Shown: positions 50,435-61,163 of the stretch, piece by piece
Layout: every line of letters begins with the position of its first letter
Numbering within the stretch: position 1 is the stretch's first letter
DNA from: Octopus sinensis
Taxonomy: Eukaryota
Assembly: GCF_006345805.1 (NCBI RefSeq)
Contig: NW_021832398.1
Location: 1-61,163, forward strand
Length of the DNA: 61,163 bases
Direction of reading: 5' to 3'
The notes under the pieces: generated by a model
The model's database searches: none
Told to the model about the DNA's origin: nothing
The model's input: only the letters and a program-made list of their open reading frames with translations
Made by a program: the position numbers and the translations under genes

Positions 50435-52110
50435 TTAAGCTGGCTATGGTTAAGAGACTGTAAGTGGAAGGTTTCCATCGGTAAAGACTAGTTTCATCCC
50501 TTCAGTCCACACAGGCAAAGTATAGAGCCTAAGGAGGAAAATGCTTGTGTCTGAGATACCTGCTGACAATATGGAAGGGTTTCCAGCTTTGCAATGATTT
50601 AAGAAGAGTTTTTGCAAAACTCCTGAATAGCTTCTGCACTTTCTGCTTGGGGCAAAGCATCTCTGATGTCTGTTTCACTTACGAGTCTTCAATGTATTAT
50701 GGTGTATAAGTCCCTGTAATGGAAAAAAATGGGGCATTAGTATGTGTGAGAATTGCATATACAGTGTATCTCCTAATATTAGACTACTTTTCTATAGTTA
50801 ATATGGTGAAGGACTAATTCTATTTATTGAATTTCAATTGCTGCCATTTCTAATTCACACAGAATTTACACATGTTTACATATTTACTTCTGTGAAATCA
50901 AAGTTCCTAAATTTAACTGAAAAAAAAAAAGGTGATTATGTTGATGTAATCAGCCAGCGCACTTATTGCGAAAATAAGGTGTGGGTTTGATTCCTATGCT
51001 CATTTTTTCCACTAATATTAGGTTATTTTTTATAGTCAGTATATATGGTGAAGGCACATAATTCTATTTACAATATTTCATTTGTTGCTGCTTCTTAATT
51101 TATGCTGAATATGCACTTGTATTCTGTTGTTTGTTTGACTGGTATTTTCATTGTTTCCTTGTTTTTTTTTTAAGTGTTATTTCTAGCTGATTGATTAATC
51201 ATGTATCTCTCTACCTAGGTCATCCCATAGGATGCCCCTTTTAAGAGTTTTGCTTGCACATACTATAGGAGTCACAGGGTGCTGCTCCATGTGGTCCCAC
51301 AGTTTCCATCTAACTAGGAATATTAAGGTCTCATCCATTGATTTGTATTCAAGATCCTCTGCATGACATCCTGCTAGTTCAAAGCTAGGAATCTGATCTG
51401 TTAGGTCCTACCGATAACTCAATCCATGCCCTGCTGCCGATGCTTTGATTTATTGTTGTTAAGGTTTTGTCTGTTTCCTACCCTTCAACCTGTCTGGTCT
51501 GGTAAAACCTGTCTGAAGATTCCTCTCCCTCCAGCATAGCTCTCTTGATCAATGGAGCACACGGGCACTTCACTGTGACAAAGTACTTGTTGAATTGGCT
51601 GTTGACTACACAGTAGCTCTTCTGCCCTTTGACATCTCTTATTTTTCATCTCGCAGGTGTCCAACAATCACCCTCCTTACCAAGCAAGCTTGATGGGGTT
51701 GCCAGTTTAGTTGCCGACGACCCAGCCATGCAACAGGTTGTACTGGGTTACATGTTACCAGTGGCGTTCAAGAGCAGCCTGACATCATGTAGATGTTTCT
51801 CTCTATCATCTTTCATGAAGGTTCCATTAGTAGTTGACTATTTTCTTAAATATTCTTTCTTGACCCTCTCTAGCAAGTGTTGTGGCTGTTTTGTTCGCAA
51901 TGTTCACACCCTTTCCCTCCATCCACCACCTGTACAGGAAATCTTTCTTCTGTTCCCACCACCTACACTAAATCTTTTTTTTTTCTTGTCTTCCTTCATC
52001 CCCTCCCTCTGATCCTTTTCAGCTATATCAAAATCCTATTAAATGATAGTAACATTAAGGGCGTAACAAATACCATGACTTTGAAAACTTATATAAATTA
52101 AGGATATGTA

Positions 52111-53335
52111 TGAGGGTTGACTAAAAAGTTCATAGGCTGACCAAGATACCATGGAATGTGACCAAATGAGGTTTATTTTTCAAAATAGTAGCCCTTGCTA
52201 TCTAACTTTTATCCATCAGAGTTGCAGTGCTTATATCCCATTGGTGAAGAAACTTTCATATTGTTTTCCAAAAATTCCTCAACAGCAGATATGTTTCTTC
52301 ATTGTTTCTTCATGTTGGGGAACAAATGAGAGTCAGATGGGGCCAAATCAGGAGAATAGGGAGGGTGATCAACAAGTTCAAAGTCACTGTCATAGAAACT
52401 AAGGGCTTATGTTTTGGAGTATTATCCTCATGAAACAAGCTCCCTTTTGTCATTTTTCCTGGTTGTTTGCTCTTGACATCCTTTCATAACTGCCTCAGCA
52501 AGTTGGTGTAGTATTCTCCATTGATGGTGTGGCCTGTTTGAAGATAGTCAATAAACACAATGCCTTTTGCATCCCCTAAAACTGAGGCCATCACCTTCCC
52601 TGCAGATGAAATGACCTTAGCCTTCTTTGGAGCAGGCGAGAAGGGGTGTTGCTACAACATGGATTTTCTCTTTGTCTCTGGCTGAAAGTGACAAAACCAA
52701 CACTCATCTTGTCTTAGGAAATATTCAAGGAAACCAGCTGGATCTGCCTCAAGCAATGTCAGATTTTCTGTCATATGATCAGCCTGGTGCACCTTTGATT
52801 GGGTGTAAGAAGTTGTGGCACCCACTGATCTGAAATGTTCATCATGCTAAGTTCAATGTACAGAATATTCTCAACCATGTCACAGAATATGCTAATTGCA
52901 TTGGCTATTTGATTTTAAATCAGTTGCCTGTCATCCATCACCATGTGCTGAACATGATCAATATTTTCCTCTCTAGTGGCAGTTGCAGGACATCTTGACC
53001 ATGGGTCATCTTCAAGACTTTCTCTTTCTTTCTTAAATTCAGTTGCCCATTTTTCCACTGTTGACAAAGCTGGAGCATCAACCCCCAATGTAGCAATCAT
53101 GCAGCATGGATGTCCTTGGGGGATAAACTTGTTTTCTGCAGGTACTTGATAATACTACGATGCTAAATTTTGTCCATTTTCAAGAGGAATTAATTTTTGA
53201 AACTGTCAGATGTCAATTTACCTGGAAAGAAACAATGCAGTTACTGATAAAGAGTTGAAAATAATACATGCAAGATTTCATAGTTCTAGCATCACAACTT
53301 CATAGTCAGCCTATTAACTTTTCAGCCTACCTTCA
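52111..53335 (-). mobile_element. Full-length dead mariner, second family
   Basis: TA flanks; TIRs tgagggttgactaaaaagttcataggctgac / gtcagcctattaacttttcagcctaccttca; APALSTVEKWATEFK...SLEDD HTH segment. Confidence 0.9.
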
Positions 53336-53509
53336 TATTATGTAGTTGTGTATAAATAATAGTCATAAATTATACCTATTATAGTAGGTGTAGCAAGTGT
53401 GAAATGAATGAATAATAGTAAATTTAATGCTAAGAGAAGCCTATGAATAATGTGTGTAAACCTGCAATCTACTGGCAAACCACGACAATCATTCTTATTC
53501 CTCACAGGC

Positions 53510-56300
53510 GCAGATGTATTCATGTAGTAATGATCCTACTAAAAGAAGGCCTTCTAACCAACCACACACCTTCCCCTCCTGTGGATTCCAAGGCTGTAGG
53601 GCTGCAACTATAAATGTGGGCACGATGAAAGGTAGGTCTAGTGAGCTTGCGGAAATTCTTGAGTGGAAACATGTGGGTGTTTGCTGTCTGCAAGATCGTA
53701 AGGTTCTGCAACAAACTCCTTATGCAGAAAAGACAGAGACAAATTTCTGTGGGGTTAAGTACTAGTGATGGCAGGAGTGGGATAGACATGCTGTAAGCTG
53801 AGAAATGAATAAAAATGTAATTGAGATAGTCAGAGTGTGTGTTAGGACAATCAAGATGAGACTATAGGCAGCTCAACAGTAACAATTATCTTGGCATACA
53901 CTCCACAGGCAGGACTAATACAAGTGCAAAAGGACTGTTTCTATATGACTCTTCAGCAGGTTACCTTATTGACAGCTAATGGTGGACTTAATTATTGTGG
54001 CTGGTGACTTCAATGGTCATATTGGTCAACACTCCAATGGCTTCCATGACATACATAGAAATTACAGATAATGTGAGAGAAATGAGGAGGGTGTACAATT
54101 CCTTAGTTCAATGCAACGGATCTAACAATTTGCAACACACTTTATGAAACCAGCCAACCACCTTATCACCTTCAAATCTGGAATACCTGCTAGTCAGATA
54201 GATTACATTCAGGAAAATACTTAGAACATTTATTATAAATGCCAAAATCTTACCTGGTGAAGAATGCACTGCACACCACAGATAAGTAGTTAGTGACTTT
54301 AGAGTTAGAGCTAAGAAGACAGAAATGAACACGGGGAAGGAAGATATGAAAACTAAAGGATCTCGCTATTGGAAAGGGGTTCAGTGAAATTCTAACTGAT
54401 GCATATGACTGCAGGGAGATAGACACTTGTAACATAAATGAAAACCAGGAATTTCTACAAAGTAACTTGCTCAGGGCCATTGAACAGACATATGGCTAGA
54501 GCAAAGTCTCTACCAAACTCAACATAACATGGTAGAATGATACAGTTGATAAGTGTATAAAGGCTAAAAAACAGGCATGGAAAATCTGGAAGGTAATAGG
54601 AAACATTATCAAATAAGGGCAGCTAGGTGACAGGTATATTTGACTAAAAGTGAGGCAGAGAGGAAGAAATTTACACATGTCTTGCAGTATGAGGATCAGA
54701 GAAATGAAGTGTTCATGAATGTAAGGCAGTGTGAGAGAGAACTGTGATGTCACTGGTGAGAGATGTATTTGGAATGATGACAGCATTCTTACTACTGATA
54801 TGTAGGATAAAGAAGCATGGAAGTGCTATTATGAGAGGCTGTTGAATGTGGAGAATACATAGGATGAAGAGGAACCAACTATTCAAGGTAGGGTACAGGA
54901 TTACCACTCTGATAGTAAAATCAAGTCCTACAAGAGAGAGTCATACCTAGTGACTAGCATAGTAGTATCATTATAAACTACTACAAAGGCAAAGGAGATG
55001 CTTTAGAGAGAAGCAGTTATAGAGGAACTAAATTACTTGAAGGACACAGAGAATCTTTGCATTACTGATTTGTAACAGGATAGATCTAGATGAGATGGAG
55101 TTTGGTTTTGTGCCTAGAAGAGGCATCACAGAAAGAATCTTCTAGTAGAAATACATGGTTAAGTAAATCATCATTGCTGGCATTTGTTTATCTGGAGAAG
55201 GCTTTTGACAGGGTACCATGTACAGTAATGTGGTGGTTACTAAAGAGGTTAGATATTGATGAATGGCTTGTGAGAGCTGTGCAAGCCATGTAAAAAGCTA
55301 CAGTAAGTGAAGTGGAAGTCAACAATGACATCAGCGACAAATTTAGTGTGAATTTACTGCGTCTTGATGGAATCAGTTCTCATCTCCTTCCTGTTCATCA
55401 TAATCCTACAACCCACCACAGACGACTTTAAGAGTGGCTGTCCATGGAAACTCTTATATGCTGATGACCTAGTTCTTAGAGCTGGCACCAAAGGGGAATT
55501 AGAGAAAAAATTCCAGGAATGAAAGTTTATTTGGAATTGAGAGATCTTCAATTAAACCTAGAAAAGATAAAGGTTTTAGTAAGTAGGAAAGGAAACAGGT
55601 CTGTGGTACCTTCAGGGATATGGCCTTGCTCAGTATACAGAAATGGAGTTGGTATAAACTCCATATGCTGTACTCAATGTAGGCTGTGGACATATGAAAG
55701 ATGCAATGCAATCATTGGCAAACTTTCTGGAAATGTAGGCTTCATATGTGGTAGATGCAGTGAAGTTTGTACTAGCACACTGGAAATTGAAACTCTTAAA
55801 TGTCCCAATGGTTCACTAGAAGCAGTTAATTGTTTTGTTACTTAGGAGATGTAATTAGCAAGGGAGGTAGCTGCTCTGAAAACAAAACTGGCTAGAAAAA
55901 AGTTCAGGGAATTACTTCCGCTGCTGGCAACAAAGGTCTCAGAGTGAAAGGCAGATTATATGATGCTTATACTAGAACTACAATGCTGCATGATAGTGTG
56001 ACAGGGGCTTTGAATGCAGAGGACATGCAAAGACTGAAAAAAAAAAAAAATGTAGCAAGCATGCTCAATTGAATGTGCTATGTAAGTGCGTGGATATCAT
56101 AGTATAAATGTGCTGAGAGAAAGACTAGGTATATGAGAGATCAGAAGTAATGTGGAAGAAAGAAGACTGCACTGGTATGAACATGTCGTGTACATGGGTG
56201 AGGACAGTTGTATAAAAATGTGCTGATCACTAAAAGTGGAAGGAGCCTGGGAATAAGGAAGACACGTGGTGATGGTTCACCTCTGGAACTTGAGCCTCAC
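53510..56300 (+). mobile_element. Old, heavily decayed RTE LINE
   Basis: INVGTMKGRSSE, AGDFNGH, YLEKAFDRVP, LLYADD. Confidence 0.85.
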
Positions 56301-56404
56301 TGAGAAAATAACAAGGGGCTGGGATATCTGGAAAAAGGATACTTGGCAAAACAATGTTCTTGTGAAAACCTGTCCATTATGATGAAACCGACTTCTGAGT
56401 GGGA

Positions 56405-56448
56405 ATATATTGTATTTATATATGTATGTATATATATATGTGTGTGTG

Positions 56449-56505
<57 letters not shown>

Positions 56506-56764
56506 GTATATGTATATATGTATATGTATATATGTATATTATATGTATAAGTATATATGTATATATATATGTATAAGTATATATGTATATGTATATAAAT
56601 ATGTTATATATGTATAATATATGTATATATTTATATGTATACATGTATATGTATATATGTATATAGTATATATATATGTATTATTATGTATGTTATAATT
56701 ATGTATTATATATGTATATGTATGTATATATGTATTTATAAATATATATATGTATATATACATA

Positions 56765-56804
<40 letters not shown>

Positions 56805-56825
56805 TAGATAGATAGATAGATAGAT
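56405..56825. repeat. (TA/TATG)n plus (GATA)n microsatellite
   Basis: Direct reading. Confidence 0.95.
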
Positions 56826-57460
56826 ACAGGGTTGGACAAAATAATGGAAACATTAAAATTTAAAACAAATTTATTTTAATATTGGGTAGGACCGCCTTTG
56901 GCAGTAATTACAGCTTGAATTATATGAGATAGACTTATACAAAGTTTGAATTATTTCCAAAGGAATTTTTGTCCATTCTTCAGCTAAAACAGTCTCCACT
57001 TCTTGTAGTGATGATGGTGGAGGATATCGACTCCTTACTTGTTTTTCTAAAATGCACCATAAATGTTCAATAATATTGAGATCTGGGGACTGTGGTGGCC
57101 AGATAAGACATTCAGCTTCACTAGAATGTTCCGCAAGCTATTCAGTAACAACTTTAGCTGTGTGAATTGGCGCATTATTATCCTGAAAGATTGCGTTTCC
57201 CTCCGGAAACAGTTCCGCAACCATAGGATGAATTTGATCAGATAAAATGCTTAAATAGTCTTGACTATTAATTCTGCCATGAAAGGAAACCATTGGGCTG
57301 GCGGATTTCCAAGATATAGTCCCTCCAGATCATCACAGATCCTCTTCCATGCTTAACAGTTGGAAGAGGCAGTCTGAGTCAAATGCTTCTTTTGGCTATC
57401 TCCACATGTAAACTCGGCCAGTGGTTGGAAATAAGGTAAAAGATGACTCGTCCAAGAAAT
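56826..57460 (-). mobile_element. Tc1-like element, 3' part with one TIR
   Basis: TA|CAGGGTTGGACAAAATAATGG; WPPQSPDLNIIEHLW ... AVITAKGGPTQY. Confidence 0.85.
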
Positions 57461-57487
57461 ACATATGTATATATAATGTGTATATAT

Positions 57488-57519
<32 letters not shown>

Positions 57520-57599
57520 GTATATATATACAAATTGTTTAAATTATATATAATGATAGAAATCACTTATATGAACTAAAGATGTGTTTTTGCCAATGT

Positions 57600-58985
57600 T
57601 TACATCAATATGCATGCTCTATAACCGTGTCTACAAGGGGATTTTTAGAAAAAAGAATAAAATATAGTTCAGAATTACAGAAATGACAGAATTCCTTGCC
57701 TTTGTCATAAGGTATTGAGATTGAGAGAATCAGCCAGTCTAAATTAAATTGTTTATTGTGGTCTTTTAGATCCCAAATTAATTTACTGAGCCCTGTACTG
57801 TTACATTTATTCCTATCCCTAAATGTCGAGTAATGATTAGAAATCCTTCTAGATAACTGTAAAGACATGCTTCCAATATAAAAATATACTTGATTATAAG
57901 TAGTAATTTTACACTGGTATATAGAATTTTTAATTTTAGAGTTACTTGACATAAACTTGATTCTTTTGGAATTGACTTCAGATACAATAACCTTGTTATT
58001 AATGTTTGTAGAGGGATGGATGGTATTAGCTAAATTAATATTAGTATTAATAGATGTATTAATATTTAACAGGTTGTTGTTATGTGAAGAGATAATTTGT
58101 AAGAGATAATTTGTAAGAGATAATTTGTAAGAGATTTTTAGTGTTGGAAAAACCAATCCTACCCGTATGAAAGTTGATAATAGAGTAATACCTAAAATTC
58201 TTTGGAAAATTCCTAAAATAGCTTCACGAAACTGCAATGGGAAATTAGATTTAATTTGCCTCCTGTATGGAATAATTAACCAAATGGTTTTACTAAGATT
58301 GAATGGAATCAATGTGGATAATTTTCTCTGTATAACCTGCTTTAAGTAAGGCAGAGTTATAAAATTCAGCATTATCATTGAAAATGTCAGCATTAGCAGA
58401 TAACTTATATAATCTAAATGAAATATTCTTAACTAAGTTCCTAGTAATTGCCCTAGAATTACTGAATTTGCTAATATACTTAAGATTGGTCAATTGTTTA
58501 TGGTGTGGGAAGTAAGAATTATTGTATAAGTTAAGTGTAATATCTAAAAAGTTGACCTTCGTTACATCATCATCATCAAAAACAATGCTTAAGCCCATTC
58601 TACGGAAAAATTTAACTAAACTATTCTTAACTGTTTGTACCTTTTGGTTGGAAACATTTTGAAGGTAAAGTAAATAATCACAATATAGACCTCCATTAAT
58701 GTTCGGGAACTGTTCTGCCATTTCAAAAAGTGTATATACACAGACTACATCAGCTATTTGTGCTGAATCAGAACTTCCCATTGTAACATCAAAACCATCT
58801 GGTGTGTCTTTACGGACCCATGACTTATTGTCAAATTTTATAATAGATTTTCTGGCTGCCAACACATTAATTTCTTCCCTGGTGAGACCAGCTTTGTTAT
58901 GATCAAGCCAAAGTGCCTTATTAAGTACTATTGGGTTGATGGATAAATAAAAATTATGACAAAGGGAAGGAATTCTGTCTTCTCT
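57600..58985 (-). mobile_element. Penelope-like element RT-thumb-GIY-YIG fragment
   Basis: FDVTMGSSDSAQIAD, VNFLDITLNL, SIYQC...FYIGS, LSKLIWDLK, CHFC. Confidence 0.88.
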
Positions 58986-58989
58986 GTAA

Positions 58990-59995
58990 TTGGTCTGTGG
59001 CACTCAGCAAGCTGTCCCGTGGGAATTTCCATCTACCTTCTATGTCCAATGTCTGTAGCTCCTCCTTCCTCTCATCAAATTTCTTGATGAGGATGTCCCT
59101 AAATCTCTGACCACATGAAGGGTTCTTTAGCTTCCAAATCCTTCTTTTTTGGATTGGTTTGCTTCTTGGTATCCTTCTGGCCTCAAGCCTAAAGTCACTG
59201 ACTAGCCTATGTTGGTGGATAAACTCTTCACCCGGGAGTATCTTTGTATTTAAGAGCAACCCTGCGTCCCACTGTCTGGTGAGGATGAAATCAATCTGGC
59301 TAGCAGAGTCCCCTGGTTGATAGGTTATAAGGTGGCTGTCTGGCTTCCTGAAGTTAGTGTTACAGATTAAAAGGTTACATGCACCACAGAACTCCAGTAG
59401 CCTAGTTCACTCATCGCTTCGAGTGCCAATACCATGGCCACCGTGTACCCCAGTGAAGATACCAGATTCCTGCCCATGTCCATTAAAGTCTCCAGCCACA
59501 ATGGTGAGGTCATTGCCACTCGTCTTTGAGGTAGCCTGTAGAAGGGTATCATAAAAGTGGTCCTTCTGATCATTTGGTAGTGCCTCATGTGGGGCGTAGG
59601 TGGAGATAATTGTAGGTGTGCCATTCTGTAGGTCTAGCTTGAGCTTAAGCACTCTATCGCATACCCTGGCAACCTCTATGACCTTATCCACCCATTTCTC
59701 TGCAAGGAGTATGCCTACATCCCCTACACCATCCATGTTACTTTGCCAGAAGACTTTATACCTATGTGCCATGCCTGTGTGGACCCTAGCTGAAGCACCT
59801 CTCCATCTTACCTCTTGTATGCAGCATACATCAACCCGTCTCCTTTCAAGCATCTCTACAATCTCACTAGACCTACCTTTCAGTGTGCCAACTCTGAAAA
59901 CTGGGAAGGTAATGTAGGGTGAGGTTTGGGGATGAAGGATGTTAATCAGCGCCTGAAAAGAAGAGTGTTGTTTTGATGTTCGTTTTTTAGGCATG
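58990..59995 (-). mobile_element. RTE-clade 5' part (APE endonuclease)
   Basis: GTLKGRSSEIVEML, CCIQEVRWRG, AGDFNGH, SQIDFIL. Confidence 0.88.
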
Positions 59996-60859
59996 CTTCA
60001 TCTGATCTCCCTTCCGACCTGACAACATTCAAGTATTCAAGTATGTTAAGATTGTTGCCCTTACTGGAGGTAGGAGCCGATGTTTGCAGTGTTGTAAGCA
60101 TAAGCATTATGGTCATTGAATGATGTAGATTTAAGCGGTGTAGCAGAAATATGGATATTCCAATGTTAGCTTAGGAGGGTGTCAGCTGAAAACTGGTTGT
60201 GTCTGTCGAAGTAGACGGGGATTGCAGGTATAATGGAGGGTACCACCTGCAAGAAAGGGTTCAGACAGAGAGAAAGGAAACAAGCTCTCTCCTACATTCC
60301 TACAAATGCACCCACACACAGGAACAAGCATGCATGGACAGCCGAATAGCTTTTATCTTTACTTCACAAGGCCAAGGAAATGGGTAGTTGTTCGCATATT
60401 TCTAAACAATGAAAATGGAACGAAAGATAGCCAAACCTGGTTGTTTGTCCCAGGAGAGAGGTAGAGAAAGGGAGGAAGTGATGTAGAGAAAGAGAGGGAG
60501 ATAGGTAGAGAGTGAGAGAGAGAAAAAGAGAGAGTACAGGTAATACAGGGAACAGCACCAGTGAGAAGCGATAACTGGTAGGGGTGGTGACAAATTTCTA
60601 GACAGAATGAAATGTAAGATAGCACCAGTGAGGAGGGGGAACTGGGAGAAGAGATAACCGGTAGGTTGTGGTGTCAGATTTCTAAACAGAATGAAACGTA
60701 AGATAACCAGTTAAGTGAGTGGGCTGATGAGCAGCTGTGCTGGCTGCATTTGTCCTAGGAGAGAGATAAGTGCAGGTAATATATGGAGAATAGCCCATTG
60801 AGGAGGAGAGGTTGGAAGAATAGACACAGGTAATGGTTGTGGGAGAAGGGATATCCGGT

Positions 60860-60926
60860 GTAGATGGTGCAAACCGTCCACACCATGCTAGCATGGAAAA
60901 AGGACATTAAACGATAATGATGATGA
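60860..60926 (+). mobile_element. RTE extreme 3' tail fragment
   Basis: ccatgctagcatggaaaaaggacattaaacgataatgatgat. Confidence 0.7.
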
Positions 60927-61163
60927 TATCTTCTACAATGGGTTTGTAGAGTGCACATGAACCCAGGACAGCAGTTACAAGTGGGTGTATTTTGGGAATT
61001 ATTTTCAGGAATGGTGGAGGTAATACTATCAGAGGAGAGGTTAGAAATGGGGGGTAGAAAGGTCTATGTATTAGTATTATTAATGCTTATAATATTATTG
61101 TTATTATTGCTACCGTTGTTGTTAATTATTCTATTTGTAAGGGTAGTGGAAGTTGTGGTAGAT

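Noticed and set aside
51180-51830. GC-richer segment that may be a retroelement UTR
   Set aside because: No protein motif or terminal signature that I can support.
57978-57986. TGT-ATC-TGA as a possible C-x-Sec of a selenoprotein-type Naiad
   Set aside because: Out of frame with the endonuclease, spacing to the next Cys is 26 nt, no SECIS recognised, and the other two copies use ordinary TGY codons.

Overview
A 61-kb eukaryotic window made almost entirely of nested, mostly decayed transposable elements and (TA/TG/TATG)n microsatellites. The repeat families resemble ones I recall from Octopus genomes; the species assignment is an inference, not a database result. No host protein-coding gene could be confidently identified, and most predicted ORFs are microsatellite artefacts or transposon relics. 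Main components: several RTE-clade LINE copies (one near full-length at 563-4130), a Ty3/Gypsy LTR element with a tRNA-Leu PBS (9216-15874), at least three diverged Penelope-like elements with Naiad-type motifs, two CR1/L2-clade LINE 3' fragments, two mariners, a maT-like and a Tc1 relic, two internally deleted piggyBacs plus a related MITE, Helitron derivatives, and three tRNA-derived SINE types. Best second-look items: a foldable type I hammerhead ribozyme at 32824-32897 with a decayed counterpart at the end of a Penelope-like element; a co-varying 3' stem-loop shared by the CR1 LINE and a SINE; and piggyBac and Helitron insertions whose empty sites survive in neighbouring tandem copies. All alignments and folds were done by eye, so boundaries are approximate unless terminal motifs are quoted.
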